From positions 86,091-150,090 of the forward strand of contig JBJKRI010000004.1 in NCBI GenBank assembly GCA_046704725.1: a stretch of DNA of 64,000 nucleotides, in the 5' to 3' direction. Source of the DNA: Candidatus Woesearchaeota archaeon (GTDB taxonomy: Archaea > Nanobdellota > Nanobdellia > Woesearchaeales > SKIA01). Position 1 is the stretch's first letter; the number at the start of each line of letters is the position of its first letter. The notes beneath the pieces are model-generated. The model worked only from the letters and a program-made list of their open reading frames with translations. It did not search any database and was not told the DNA's origin. The position numbers and the translations under genes were made by a program. This document shows positions 51,573-59,751 of the stretch, piece by piece.

Positions 51573-54283
51573 TGCTGCGCCTCCGCCCGCATGACGATCG
51601 GGCCCCAGAGGTATGGCACGGCACTGATGCGTGTGACGAGGATCTCCAGGTCCTCGGCCTTGAGGCTGACGAAGATGCGCCCGTCACCGTCGAAATCGAG
51701 CTGACGCAGCAGGTCGTAGACGGCGACCTGCATGGCGTCCTGCGAGTCATAGCTGATGGACGATGCGGTGTACGAACAGACGTTCGGACCAGAGTACGAG
51801 GCAGGTATCGGTGTGGTGAGGTTGCCGCCCTGCTGCAGGTCGATCGTCCATACGCAACCCTCCGCCTTCGGGAGCACGGGCGTCCTGCTAGAGGCGGACG
51901 GAGCGTAGACTGTGTAGATGACGCTGTCGCTATCGGAGCAGGAGCTCGTGTTCGTGGGGGAGTCCCCCACGCGGATCGAGAGCGTGTTCGAGCCGGCCGT
52001 GAGGTTCTGCGTGGGCAGGAATATCTCGTACGGGTCCCCGAGACGGTCGTACGGGACGTAGAACTGCGAGAGGTTGTAGACGGTCACGCCGTTCTCCGCG
52101 ACATAGGCCGTCCAGTGGTTGCCCGAATAGCTCACGAGCCGCGCGTCCTTGAGCCGTACCCCTGAGGGCAGGGTGAATGACGGCGTGCATCCGGAGAGCG
52201 TGGGCGATTGCCGGGTCACCTCGATCTCGTTGGGCTTGGGCACGTTCGTGAGGGGTGCGTGCGTGACCTGGATGTAACTGTCTCCATACAGCGTGCTGGT
52301 CGTCACGTTCTGCGGCACGATAGCGGTCTGCGAGTCGAGCTTGATCTGGTCGAGGATGGAGTAGCTGATGTTCCGGTAGATATGCAGGAGCTGCTGAGGA
52401 TCGGTGCTCGAGTTGTAGGTCCCGTTCGTCATCGTCGCGAGGCGCTGGAGCATCTGCGTCGCGTTATTGCACGTCCCCACCGGGCCGTAGGCTATGGTGT
52501 ATATCGTCACGTTGAAATCATCGTGCAGTTTCTGCGCGATATCCTCTGCGTTCGTGATCGCCGGCGAGCAGCTGCTATCCGTGCACATCGTGCCGAAAGT
52601 ATTGCAGTTCTGGCCGTTCACGTCGCACAAGCCCTCGCACGCCTGCGTACCGTAGGTCGTGTTAATCGTCGAACCGCAGCCAGCGGCGGTGCACGTCGTA
52701 GGCAGTCCGTCAGACATGAGGATGATGTAGCGGCTCCTATTCTTGCCAGGATTCTTGGCGAAGATATCGTAGGCCTTGCTCAGCGCGCACGAGATGCAGG
52801 TCTTGCCGCTGCCCTGCTGGGGGAACTGGCTGGTGTACGTGTTGTAGTAGCCCGTGAGCGCGACCGAGTCCTGGGGGTTGTCGTACCATTGCACCTGGTC
52901 GTTCACGTAGTGGACTGGCCACAGGCGGTTGCCGTAGATGCCGAGGCTCTGGTTGAACAGGACGGCGACGACCTCCTTGTCCAGGCAGCGAGCGAGGTGC
53001 GTGCGGCGGATATCAGGGTTCGGATAGACAGACGTGTTGCAGTTCGCGATGTTCCCGCTCTGTCCCTGGCTCCAATCAGCGATGGATTTCTTCATGCTCC
53101 CGCTGTAGTCCGTGATGAGCACGACGTCAGCGTTCGCTCCCTTGTATGTCGTGGACGTGGTGTTGAACGCGGAGAAACGGACGGGAACGGTCGTGTTGCT
53201 GAGCAAGGCGTAATCGAGGTTCGTGAGGTTCGCGTCGCTGAGGTCGACGGTGACATCCCCGGTCCTGTTGCTCTGCCAGACCACCTTCTCACCGATATCG
53301 AGGAAGGCGATCGCGTGGGGGTCGTCCATGTGATAATGCAAGTGGATATGGAGGTGGGTGAGCGTGGACGGGACGATGATACCGTCATAGAGGTTCGCCA
53401 CGCCCACGATCTCCGGGAACCAGTAGGTGGTCTGCTGCGGGTCGGTCGGGGTGATGAACGTGTCGGTGGTGAAGTCAGCGCGCAGGTAGCCTCCGGCCGC
53501 GTACGAGTTCGTGAGGCCGTCATAGATGAGGGATACGCTGTTGTTGCCAGCCTGCAGGAGATTGTCGCACGAGGAGACGTTCCACACGTCGGGCGTCATG
53601 TTGGGCTGCACCGGATCCAGGTCCGCGCAGTGCTGACCGTTGATGCGCAGCTCGAAGCTCTTGGGGGTGTCGAGAGCGAGGGTGAGCGCGGATATGCGCG
53701 ACGAGTTGAAGTCGGAGGGCAGCGCGAGCTTGACGGTGATGTTGCCCTGGCCGACGAAGCCCCCGAAAAACGCGTAGCTCGAGGTCTCCTTGTTGCTAAG
53801 CTTGAGCAGGTACGCGCTGCTCGATGTGCCCGCGACCGGCTTTCCTTTATCAAGGCCTGTTATCTGCTGCTGGGAGACGCCCACGATACGACCGGTCGTG
53901 TTCACGGTGCGGTTGTAGAGCGTCGTGCCGCCGAGCGTGAGGGCGAGCGACGTTCGTGGTGGAGTGACGGCGTCGAGCACATGCGATAGGTTCTGCGTGC
54001 GCGAGTCGTTGAGCACCCAGAGATACGCGATGGTGTACAGGACGCTGTCGTTCGGGTTGAGGGTCGTGGTGTTGTAGAGCGTCTCCACCCAAGGGTACTG
54101 TGTCTGGACGTCTTGGAGCTTGATGTGGTCCAGGCTGAGCAGCACGTCCTGCGCGACGCTCTGCGACGTGTAGCTGTCCTGCGCGTGGGTGTCGATGCGC
54201 AGGTAGAGCACCACGGCGGTGAGGATGAGGAGCGTGGCGAGCATCGCGTCCAAGGTGAACAAGACCCCCTTCACGCGCGCCAC
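51569..54283 (-). CDS. large pilin-like adhesin with VWA domain
   Basis: MARVKG^VLFTLDA signal; DVVLITDYSGSM MIDAS, ILMSDG, TIYTIAYG; Cys-rich inserts. Confidence 0.82.
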   Translation of the reverse strand: MARVKGVLFTLDAMLATLLILTAVVLYLRIDTHAQDSYTSQSVAQDVLLSLDHIKLQDVQTQYPWVETLYNTTTLNPNDSVLYTIAYLWVLNDSRTQNLSHVLDAVTPPRTSLALTLGGTTLYNRTVNTTGRIVGVSQQQITGLDKGKPVAGTSSSAYLLKLSNKETSSYAFFGGFVGQGNITVKLALPSDFNSSRISALTLALDTPKSFELRINGQHCADLDPVQPNMTPDVWNVSSCDNLLQAGNNSVSLIYDGLTNSYAAGGYLRADFTTDTFITPTDPQQTTYWFPEIVGVANLYDGIIVPSTLTHLHIHLHYHMDDPHAIAFLDIGEKVVWQSNRTGDVTVDLSDANLTNLDYALLSNTTVPVRFSAFNTTSTTYKGANADVVLITDYSGSMKKSIADWSQGQSGNIANCNTSVYPNPDIRRTHLARCLDKEVVAVLFNQSLGIYGNRLWPVHYVNDQVQWYDNPQDSVALTGYYNTYTSQFPQQGSGKTCISCALSKAYDIFAKNPGKNRSRYIILMSDGLPTTCTAAGCGSTINTTYGTQACEGLCDVNGQNCNTFGTMCTDSSCSPAITNAEDIAQKLHDDFNVTIYTIAYGPVGTCNNATQMLQRLATMTNGTYNSSTDPQQLLHIYRNISYSILDQIKLDSQTAIVPQNVTTSTLYGDSYIQVTHAPLTNVPKPNEIEVTRQSPTLSGCTPSFTLPSGVRLKDARLVSYSGNHWTAYVAENGVTVYNLSQFYVPYDRLGDPYEIFLPTQNLTAGSNTLSIRVGDSPTNTSSCSDSDSVIYTVYAPSASSRTPVLPKAEGCVWTIDLQQGGNLTTPIPASYSGPNVCSYTASSISYDSQDAMQVAVYDLLRQLDFDGDGRIFVSLKAEDLEILVTRISAVPYLWGPIVMRAEAQQ

Positions 54284-54711
54284 ACGATCACCTCTATCTC
54301 CGCGACGCTACCATTGTAAGCCGCGTAGCGTCGTACCACTGACTGGTCGGCGGCGTTTGCATCCGGAGGGTCGCCGACGGTCGTCGAGAGCCCGCGGCCC
54401 GTGACGTTGACGAAGTAACTGTCGGATATCCCGAGCAGGGCCTGGACGGTTCCGGTGCCGAGCGCGGTGAAATTCACCAGCTGCCCGCGGTTGAGGACAT
54501 GGTTGCCCGCGAATCCGGGGATGATGACCGTCGACGCATTCCACTGCTCAGGGTAGGGGTTCATGATAGCCCCCGCGAGCGCGACCACCTCACCATGCGT
54601 GGGCGATGGTCCGTGCTGGGTGAACGCGTACACCCCGATGGTGGTCGCGACGAGCACGATGAGGAAGAACGCGAGAAGAAAATCGATGGTGGTGCTCTGC
54701 GCGAGACTCAT
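54271..54711 (-). CDS. minor pilin-like protein
   Basis: MSLAQSTTIDFLLAFFLIV signal; PYPEQWN, IPG; ATGA-coupled. Confidence 0.75.
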   Translation of the reverse strand: MSLAQSTTIDFLLAFFLIVLVATTIGVYAFTQHGPSPTHGEVVALAGAIMNPYPEQWNASTVIIPGFAGNHVLNRGQLVNFTALGTGTVQALLGISDSYFVNVTGRGLSTTVGDPPDANAADQSVVRRYAAYNGSVAEIEVIVWRA

Positions 54712-55088
54712 GATATCGTGATGACCCCCGCGCGCTTGGTGATGAAGTCGCTCCCGGGCTTCGGCGATCCAGTGTAGGGTGGTGTGCGCCGGTACGCGCT
54801 CGCGCCGAGGACGTGCACGACGATGGATTGGTTCGCCGCCTCGACGGTGTATGGCTGCCCCTCGAAGTCGAGCGGGAGCGTGATGTTCTGGCTGAAACCA
54901 TCGTGCACCTCGGCCGCGAGGATGAGCGCCGCCTGCAACTGGTCCGCGACCTCGGTCGCGTCCGCCCGTGCTTGCGCGTCCTGGCCCCGTTGCTGGATGG
55001 TTCCGACCAGGACGAGGTAGCCGACGAGCATGATCGTCGCGATGACCATGACCGACAGGTACTCCATTGCGATCTGGGCGCGCGTCAT
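54708..55088 (-). CDS. minor pilin, class III signal peptide
   Basis: MTRA^QIAMEYL; DGFSQNITLP. Confidence 0.82.
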   Translation of the reverse strand: MTRAQIAMEYLSVMVIATIMLVGYLVLVGTIQQRGQDAQARADATEVADQLQAALILAAEVHDGFSQNITLPLDFEGQPYTVEAANQSIVVHVLGASAYRRTPPYTGSPKPGSDFITKRAGVITIS

Positions 55089-55492
55089 GGGATGCTGTAG
55101 AGCACTCCGGAAGCCGTCGCATCGACCCGCACATCCGTCGGTCCAGCGGTGGAGTTCAGGCTCTCCGGGACGAGCGGGACGGGCGATGGCACCAGAAGAT
55201 CGTATTGTTGCGGAGTGATGACCCTGAATACCACGCTATCGTTGTATATGGTGATGTTCTGGATGTCCTTGGGGATCGTGATGCTGACGGTCTCGCGCGA
55301 GGGCGGGCCTTGGTAATAGACGCGCTGGGCGCTCTCGACGAGGGCGAGCGCGGCGGAGTGGGCCTGCGCTTCTGTGAGGTCGGCGCGGATCGCGTCGCTC
55401 TGGGTGTAGAAGACGATGAACAATGGAGCGATGAGCATGAAGGAGAAACCCGTCACGAGCAGGTATTCGATACTGACTTGTCCACCTCTCAT
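55085..55492 (-). CDS. minor pilin, class III signal peptide
   Basis: MRGG^QVSIEYL; VYYQGPPSR.T..I.IP. Confidence 0.82.
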   Translation of the reverse strand: MRGGQVSIEYLLVTGFSFMLIAPLFIVFYTQSDAIRADLTEAQAHSAALALVESAQRVYYQGPPSRETVSITIPKDIQNITIYNDSVVFRVITPQQYDLLVPSPVPLVPESLNSTAGPTDVRVDATASGVLYSIP

Positions 55493-55534
55493 GGCACTGT
55501 ACGGGGACAGGGGGTTTTTAAGCGTTCTGCGTGT

Positions 55535-55693
55535 TCAGAGCAAGCCTTGCCGTTTCTTGGCGATCCGGCGATATTTCGCATAACGATCCTCGGGAGAATA
55601 CTTGGCGGGCTTGGGCGAGACAGCGTGTCCGCCGCAACGATGGACGGCGTCGAGCGTGTACTGGCCGCAGGCCTGGCAGCGCAGGATCGTCAT
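55535..55693 (-). CDS. nop10: H/ACA RNP protein Nop10, not in ORF track
   Basis: Manual translation MTILRCQACGQYTL...CGG...PAKYSPEDRYAKYRR; follows aIF2-alpha with ATGA overlap. Confidence 0.92.
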   Translation of the reverse strand: MTILRCQACGQYTLDAVHRCGGHAVSPKPAKYSPEDRYAKYRRIAKKRQGLL

Positions 55694-56457
55694 CGCTTGT
55701 CGGTGCGCTCGAAGACGACCTGGGCGTCCTCGCCCATGGCGGCGCGCACCTGCTCATTGAGCCGTTTGAGGGACTCCTCGGCCTGCTTGTATTCCTTGGC
55801 CGTGATCGCCGTGGCGTAGCGGCCGCCGCCCGCATAGCGCACCTCGACATTCTCCGGAAGGTCCTTGAACGCTTCTCGCACGCGCTCGACGCCGTCGGGC
55901 GCGAAGCTGAGCAGGCCGAACTCTCCCTTGATTGTCACCGTGCGCGGACTGATGCGCTCCGCGACCAGGCGCGCGAGCGGTTCGGCGAGCTTCTTGTCCA
56001 GGCCTGCCTTGGAGAGGTCGAGCGTCCCCTCGACGACCTCCTGGAACGCGGCGAAGATACGCTCGTGGTCCCCGAATGCCTTGAGGAGGGCTTCGCGGAT
56101 GGCCTCGGCCCCCCCCTTGGTCTCGTGGGCGAGCTGCTCGACCACCTTCTCGACGATCTGCTCCTGCTTGAGCTTGCTCGCCTTGAGGCGCCGCTGCGCT
56201 TCTGTGACGCGACGGATGGACAAGTCGATGTGCCCCTTGCTCTTGTCGATGCGCAGGACCTTGGCGACGAGCGTCTTGCCCTCGCGGACGTGCTCGTGGA
56301 TGTTGCGGATGCGCCCGGGGGCGATCTCGCTGATATGGATCATGCCCTGCTTGCCGTACTCGTCGAGCGTGCAGAACACGGAGTGGTATTGGATGCGGGT
56401 GACCGTCGCGATGACGATCTCGCCCTCCTCTGGATACCCGGTCTTTTGCTGGACCAT
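55690..56457 (-). CDS. eif2a: translation initiation factor 2 alpha subunit
   Basis: PEEGEIVIATV, LDEY...GMIHISEI...IRNI, KVLRID..KGHIDLS. Confidence 0.95.
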   Translation of the reverse strand: MVQQKTGYPEEGEIVIATVTRIQYHSVFCTLDEYGKQGMIHISEIAPGRIRNIHEHVREGKTLVAKVLRIDKSKGHIDLSIRRVTEAQRRLKASKLKQEQIVEKVVEQLAHETKGGAEAIREALLKAFGDHERIFAAFQEVVEGTLDLSKAGLDKKLAEPLARLVAERISPRTVTIKGEFGLLSFAPDGVERVREAFKDLPENVEVRYAGGGRYATAITAKEYKQAEESLKRLNEQVRAAMGEDAQVVFERTDKR

Positions 56458-56477
56458 CTACAGCGATGCCTCCGAGC

Positions 56478-56795
56478 TCATATGATTTCCACCTTCTTGG
56501 CCCGGATGCCTTCTGCTTGGACGCTCATCCGCTTGCACTCCTTGCAGCGGTAGCGCAGGTCGGTCTTCTTGGTGACCTTCTTGCCCGTCATCTTGAAGCT
56601 GGCGATCGCGGGCTTGGAATAGCGTCCGAGATTCCCCATGCCGCGCCGCTGGCCGCGCTTCTGCAAACGGCTCGTCGAGCTCCTGCTGAGCGGGTGCGTC
56701 GCGTTACGTCCGCGGCGCTTGGCCTGCGTCACCGTGTGCTCGGTGTGCTTGTTGCAGAACGGGCAGTGCCGCATCTGCTGCTTGGGAAGCTTCAT
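56478..56795 (-). CDS. rpl44e: ribosomal protein L44e (eL42)
   Basis: CPFCNKHTEH, K.TKK.DLRYRCKEC. Confidence 0.95.
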   Translation of the reverse strand: MKLPKQQMRHCPFCNKHTEHTVTQAKRRGRNATHPLSRSSTSRLQKRGQRRGMGNLGRYSKPAIASFKMTGKKVTKKTDLRYRCKECKRMSVQAEGIRAKKVEII

Positions 56796-56834
56796 ACGCT
56801 GGGCGAATCGAAGACGCCTTATAAAGATATTGCC

Positions 56835-57446
56835 TCAGGCCTGCTCTGCGCGGCCTTTCTTGATAAGGATGCGGGCGATCCGCTCGGGCAGGTCGACCGT
56901 CTGGCCCTCCTCGAAGGGCCCGAAGGTCTGCTGGTCGGCGCCCATGAACTTGGGGACCTGGGCCGTGATGCGCACGGTCGTGCCCGGAGCGGGCTTCTCC
57001 TCCACCTCGGGAGGCTTCTGGGGCTCGGGGGCCTTCACCGGCGCTTCGGGAGCTTTCGGCGCGGGCGCTGGGGAGCGGGCGAGGACGTCCTCGCGACGGG
57101 CGCGCAGGACGTTCACGACCTCCTCGAAGAGGCTGCGCTCGCCGCGCAAAAGAGCGCTCGTATCGATTATCGAGGAGCCCGTGCGCGCCTTGTTGAGCGC
57201 CAAGAGCATGACTTTCCGCTCACGACGGTCGTAGAGCTCCTTGAGGAGCTTTGACGCGTTCTGGAGCTGCGTGCGCAGCCGGTCGCCGTCGGCGGAAAGG
57301 ACGTCGGATTTGCGCGCTTCTGCGGCGGTCTCGGCGATATAGGCCTGCGCGCGGCCGTAGAAATCCTCCTCGAGCTCCTGGAGCTCCTCGCGGGAGCGCT
57401 CCCGACGCAGGGCGTCGAAGAGGTGCTCGTAGGTGAAATCCCCCAT
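56835..57446 (-). CDS. DNA replication complex GINS subunit (Gins15/51-type)
   Basis: RERS..ELQ.L..DFY, LY.RRERK, FMGAD...GPF..G....LP...A..L...G.A; conserved position before rpl44e. Confidence 0.85.
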   Translation of the reverse strand: MGDFTYEHLFDALRRERSREELQELEEDFYGRAQAYIAETAAEARKSDVLSADGDRLRTQLQNASKLLKELYDRRERKVMLLALNKARTGSSIIDTSALLRGERSLFEEVVNVLRARREDVLARSPAPAPKAPEAPVKAPEPQKPPEVEEKPAPGTTVRITAQVPKFMGADQQTFGPFEEGQTVDLPERIARILIKKGRAEQA

Positions 57447-57522
57447 GGCATGCTGTAGCCCGAACAGCGTATATAAGGATTATCGTTGGAGCCTTTTTAT
57501 AGCCGGCCCGCTTCCGCCGCCC

Positions 57523-58719
57523 ATGCGATTGGCCTTCGAGACGATACGCTTCTTCCCGGGAAAGGAGGATGTGCGGGGACTGCTCCTCAAGTACTTCTCC
57601 TTCAGCGTACCGAAAGAGGCGTTGGATGCCATCGGGCCGTGGAAGGTCGAGGACGGGGCGCTCGTCTTCGAGGCGCACGAGAAGAAACGCGGCCGCGCGA
57701 TGCATGTGCTGTCAGAAGCGCTCAAGGACCTGACGTGCACGATCACCCGGAATCCGGCGGTGTATATCGACCGGGCCTCGGGGGTGCCGCTCATGGGGGC
57801 GTTGGAGTTCGGCATCATCGACCGGGGGACGAACCTCATCGAGATCCGGCCGTGCAGCGGCTGCAACCTCGCGTGCGTGTACTGCAGCGTGCACGAAGGT
57901 CCCGGAGGGCCCAAGAAGCGCGAGGTCGTTGTCGAGAAGGAATACCTGCTCGAGGAGTTCGACAAGCTCGCCGCCCTCAAGGAGCATCCCGTCGAGGTCT
58001 ACATCGAGACGCAGGGAGAGCCCTTATTGTACGCGGACCTCGAAGGGCTCGTGAAGGACCTGAAGGAACGCGGCGTCACGCAGGTCACGATGGTGACCAA
58101 CGGCACCTTCTTGTCCGAGCAGCGCATCGACGCGCTGGCGGAAGCCGGGTTGGACCGCATCAACTGGAGCATCAACAGCCTGGAGCCGGAACGCGCGCAG
58201 GAGATCGCGGGGCAGCGCTACGACGTCGAGCGCATCAAGAAGTTGATCCTGTACGCGAAGGACAAGCTGGACGTGCTGTTGTGCCCGGTCATCATGCAGG
58301 GCGTGAACGACGACGAGATGGAGGATTTCGTGGCGTTCGCTTCGACAGTACGCGCGATAGAACCGGTCATCGCCTTCCAGAACTTCCTCTACTACAAGGG
58401 CGGGCGCAATCCCGTGCCCGAACTGCCCATGGACGGCTTCCAGGAGAGGTTGTCGGCGCTCGAGGAGAAGACGGGAAAGCGATTGCGCATCACCACAGCC
58501 GATTTCACCATCCTCTACGACAAGGCGCCAGAACGGCCTTTCAGGAAGAAGGAGATTGTGGAGGTCGAGCAGTTGTTCCCCGGCAGGCTCTCGAACGAGA
58601 CCTTCTGCAAGGCTTCCGGACGGGTGGTGAAGGTCATCGGGCGCGTGCCCGACAAGGAGCGTTTCTCCGTGCAGATCGTGCGCGACAAGCATAACATCTA
58701 CACCGCCAAGGCGGTCTAG
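57523..58719 (+). CDS. radical SAM protein with C-terminal TRAM-like domain
   Basis: CNLACVYC, FGIIDRGTN.IE.RP, GEPLLY, TNG, VRDKHNIY. Confidence 0.88.
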   Translation: MRLAFETIRFFPGKEDVRGLLLKYFSFSVPKEALDAIGPWKVEDGALVFEAHEKKRGRAMHVLSEALKDLTCTITRNPAVYIDRASGVPLMGALEFGIIDRGTNLIEIRPCSGCNLACVYCSVHEGPGGPKKREVVVEKEYLLEEFDKLAALKEHPVEVYIETQGEPLLYADLEGLVKDLKERGVTQVTMVTNGTFLSEQRIDALAEAGLDRINWSINSLEPERAQEIAGQRYDVERIKKLILYAKDKLDVLLCPVIMQGVNDDEMEDFVAFASTVRAIEPVIAFQNFLYYKGGRNPVPELPMDGFQERLSALEEKTGKRLRITTADFTILYDKAPERPFRKKEIVEVEQLFPGRLSNETFCKASGRVVKVIGRVPDKERFSVQIVRDKHNIYTAKAV

Positions 58720-59249
58720 TCCCGCAGGGCGGGAAGACCGACCACGATTATCTGCGCCCCGCTGGCCACCGCGAGCGCGACAGCCACCCACAAGACGATC
58801 GTCGAGACGAGGCTGAGCCACGCGACGGGATACGCGAGCGTGGCGACGAGCACGAGGAGCAATACGCTCTGGCCCACGAACTTGACCTTGCCGAGCCACA
58901 TGCTGCCGATCTCCTTGCCGCGCTGCGTGGCGAGGTGCCGGATGCCGAGGACGAGGAAGTCCCGCAGCAGGAATATGGCGAAGGCAACCCAAGACAGGTG
59001 GTGGAGCGCGACGAACACCAACAAGACGAGGTGCACGAGCACCTTGTCCGCGAAATGGTCGAGGAATGTTCCTAATCGCGTGATCGTCTTCGTGGCGCGG
59101 GCGATCCGCCCGTCCAGGATATCCGTGGCAAGAGCGACGGCGAGCAGGACGAACGCGACGAACGGCAATGGGATGGTGATGAGCACGAGTATCGGAAGTA
59201 TCAAAAACAAGCGGACCAGCGTGAGGACGGTCGCGATGGTGATACGCAT
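58716..59249 (-). CDS. CDP-alcohol phosphatidyltransferase (PgsA-like)
   Basis: LTLVR, TDILDGRIAR.....T.LG.FLD..ADK, RD, GK.K...Q. Confidence 0.9.
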   Translation of the reverse strand: MRITIATVLTLVRLFLILPILVLITIPLPFVAFVLLAVALATDILDGRIARATKTITRLGTFLDHFADKVLVHLVLLVFVALHHLSWVAFAIFLLRDFLVLGIRHLATQRGKEIGSMWLGKVKFVGQSVLLLVLVATLAYPVAWLSLVSTIVLWVAVALAVASGAQIIVVGLPALRD

Positions 59250-59283
59250 ACCCCTCGGAAAGACGACGGCAGCATATAAAGCC

Positions 59284-59688
59284 ATGCAACGCATCACGGT
59301 AATCCCCACATTAGCGGATGTGCCGTACGAGGCGTTGCACAAGGCCGGCGTGCGACGCATCATCTTCGACTACGACGGCACGCTGTCCAGGCACTGGCGG
59401 CAGTTGCCCGAAAAGAACGTCATGGAGCTGCTCGGACGGTTGTCTAAGCGGTTCGAATTGCTCGTGTTCTCCAACCATTTCGGCGTGCACCATCGGCGGC
59501 AGGAATTCTTCAAGAAGCACGGCATCACGTACGTGCGCACGCACAAGCCGTTCGTGTTCGAGCACACCGTCGTGTCAAAGCCGAAGATGACCGTGCTCGT
59601 GGGCGACAAGTTCCTCACGGACGGGCTCTACGCATTGATCAGGGGCATCCCGTGCTTTCTCCTGCGCGGCCGGCTCATCGGCCTGTAG
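59284..59688 (+). CDS. HAD IIIA phosphatase, YqeG/phosphatidylglycerophosphatase-like
   Basis: GV..IIFDYDGTL, FSN, KP, VGDKFLTD. Confidence 0.8.
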   Translation: MQRITVIPTLADVPYEALHKAGVRRIIFDYDGTLSRHWRQLPEKNVMELLGRLSKRFELLVFSNHFGVHHRRQEFFKKHGITYVRTHKPFVFEHTVVSKPKMTVLVGDKFLTDGLYALIRGIPCFLLRGRLIGL

Positions 59689-59712
59689 CGCTACCGCAAG
59701 AATCGTCGGGAA

Positions 59713-59741
59713 TGAAAGAAGAAGAGAAAGAAAAAGAAAAG
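59713..59741 (-). terminator. T-rich terminator after the S-layer gene
   Basis: TTTTCTTTTTCTTTCTCTTCTTCTTTC on the minus strand. Confidence 0.6.
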
Positions 59742-59751
59742 GCCGTTAGGC

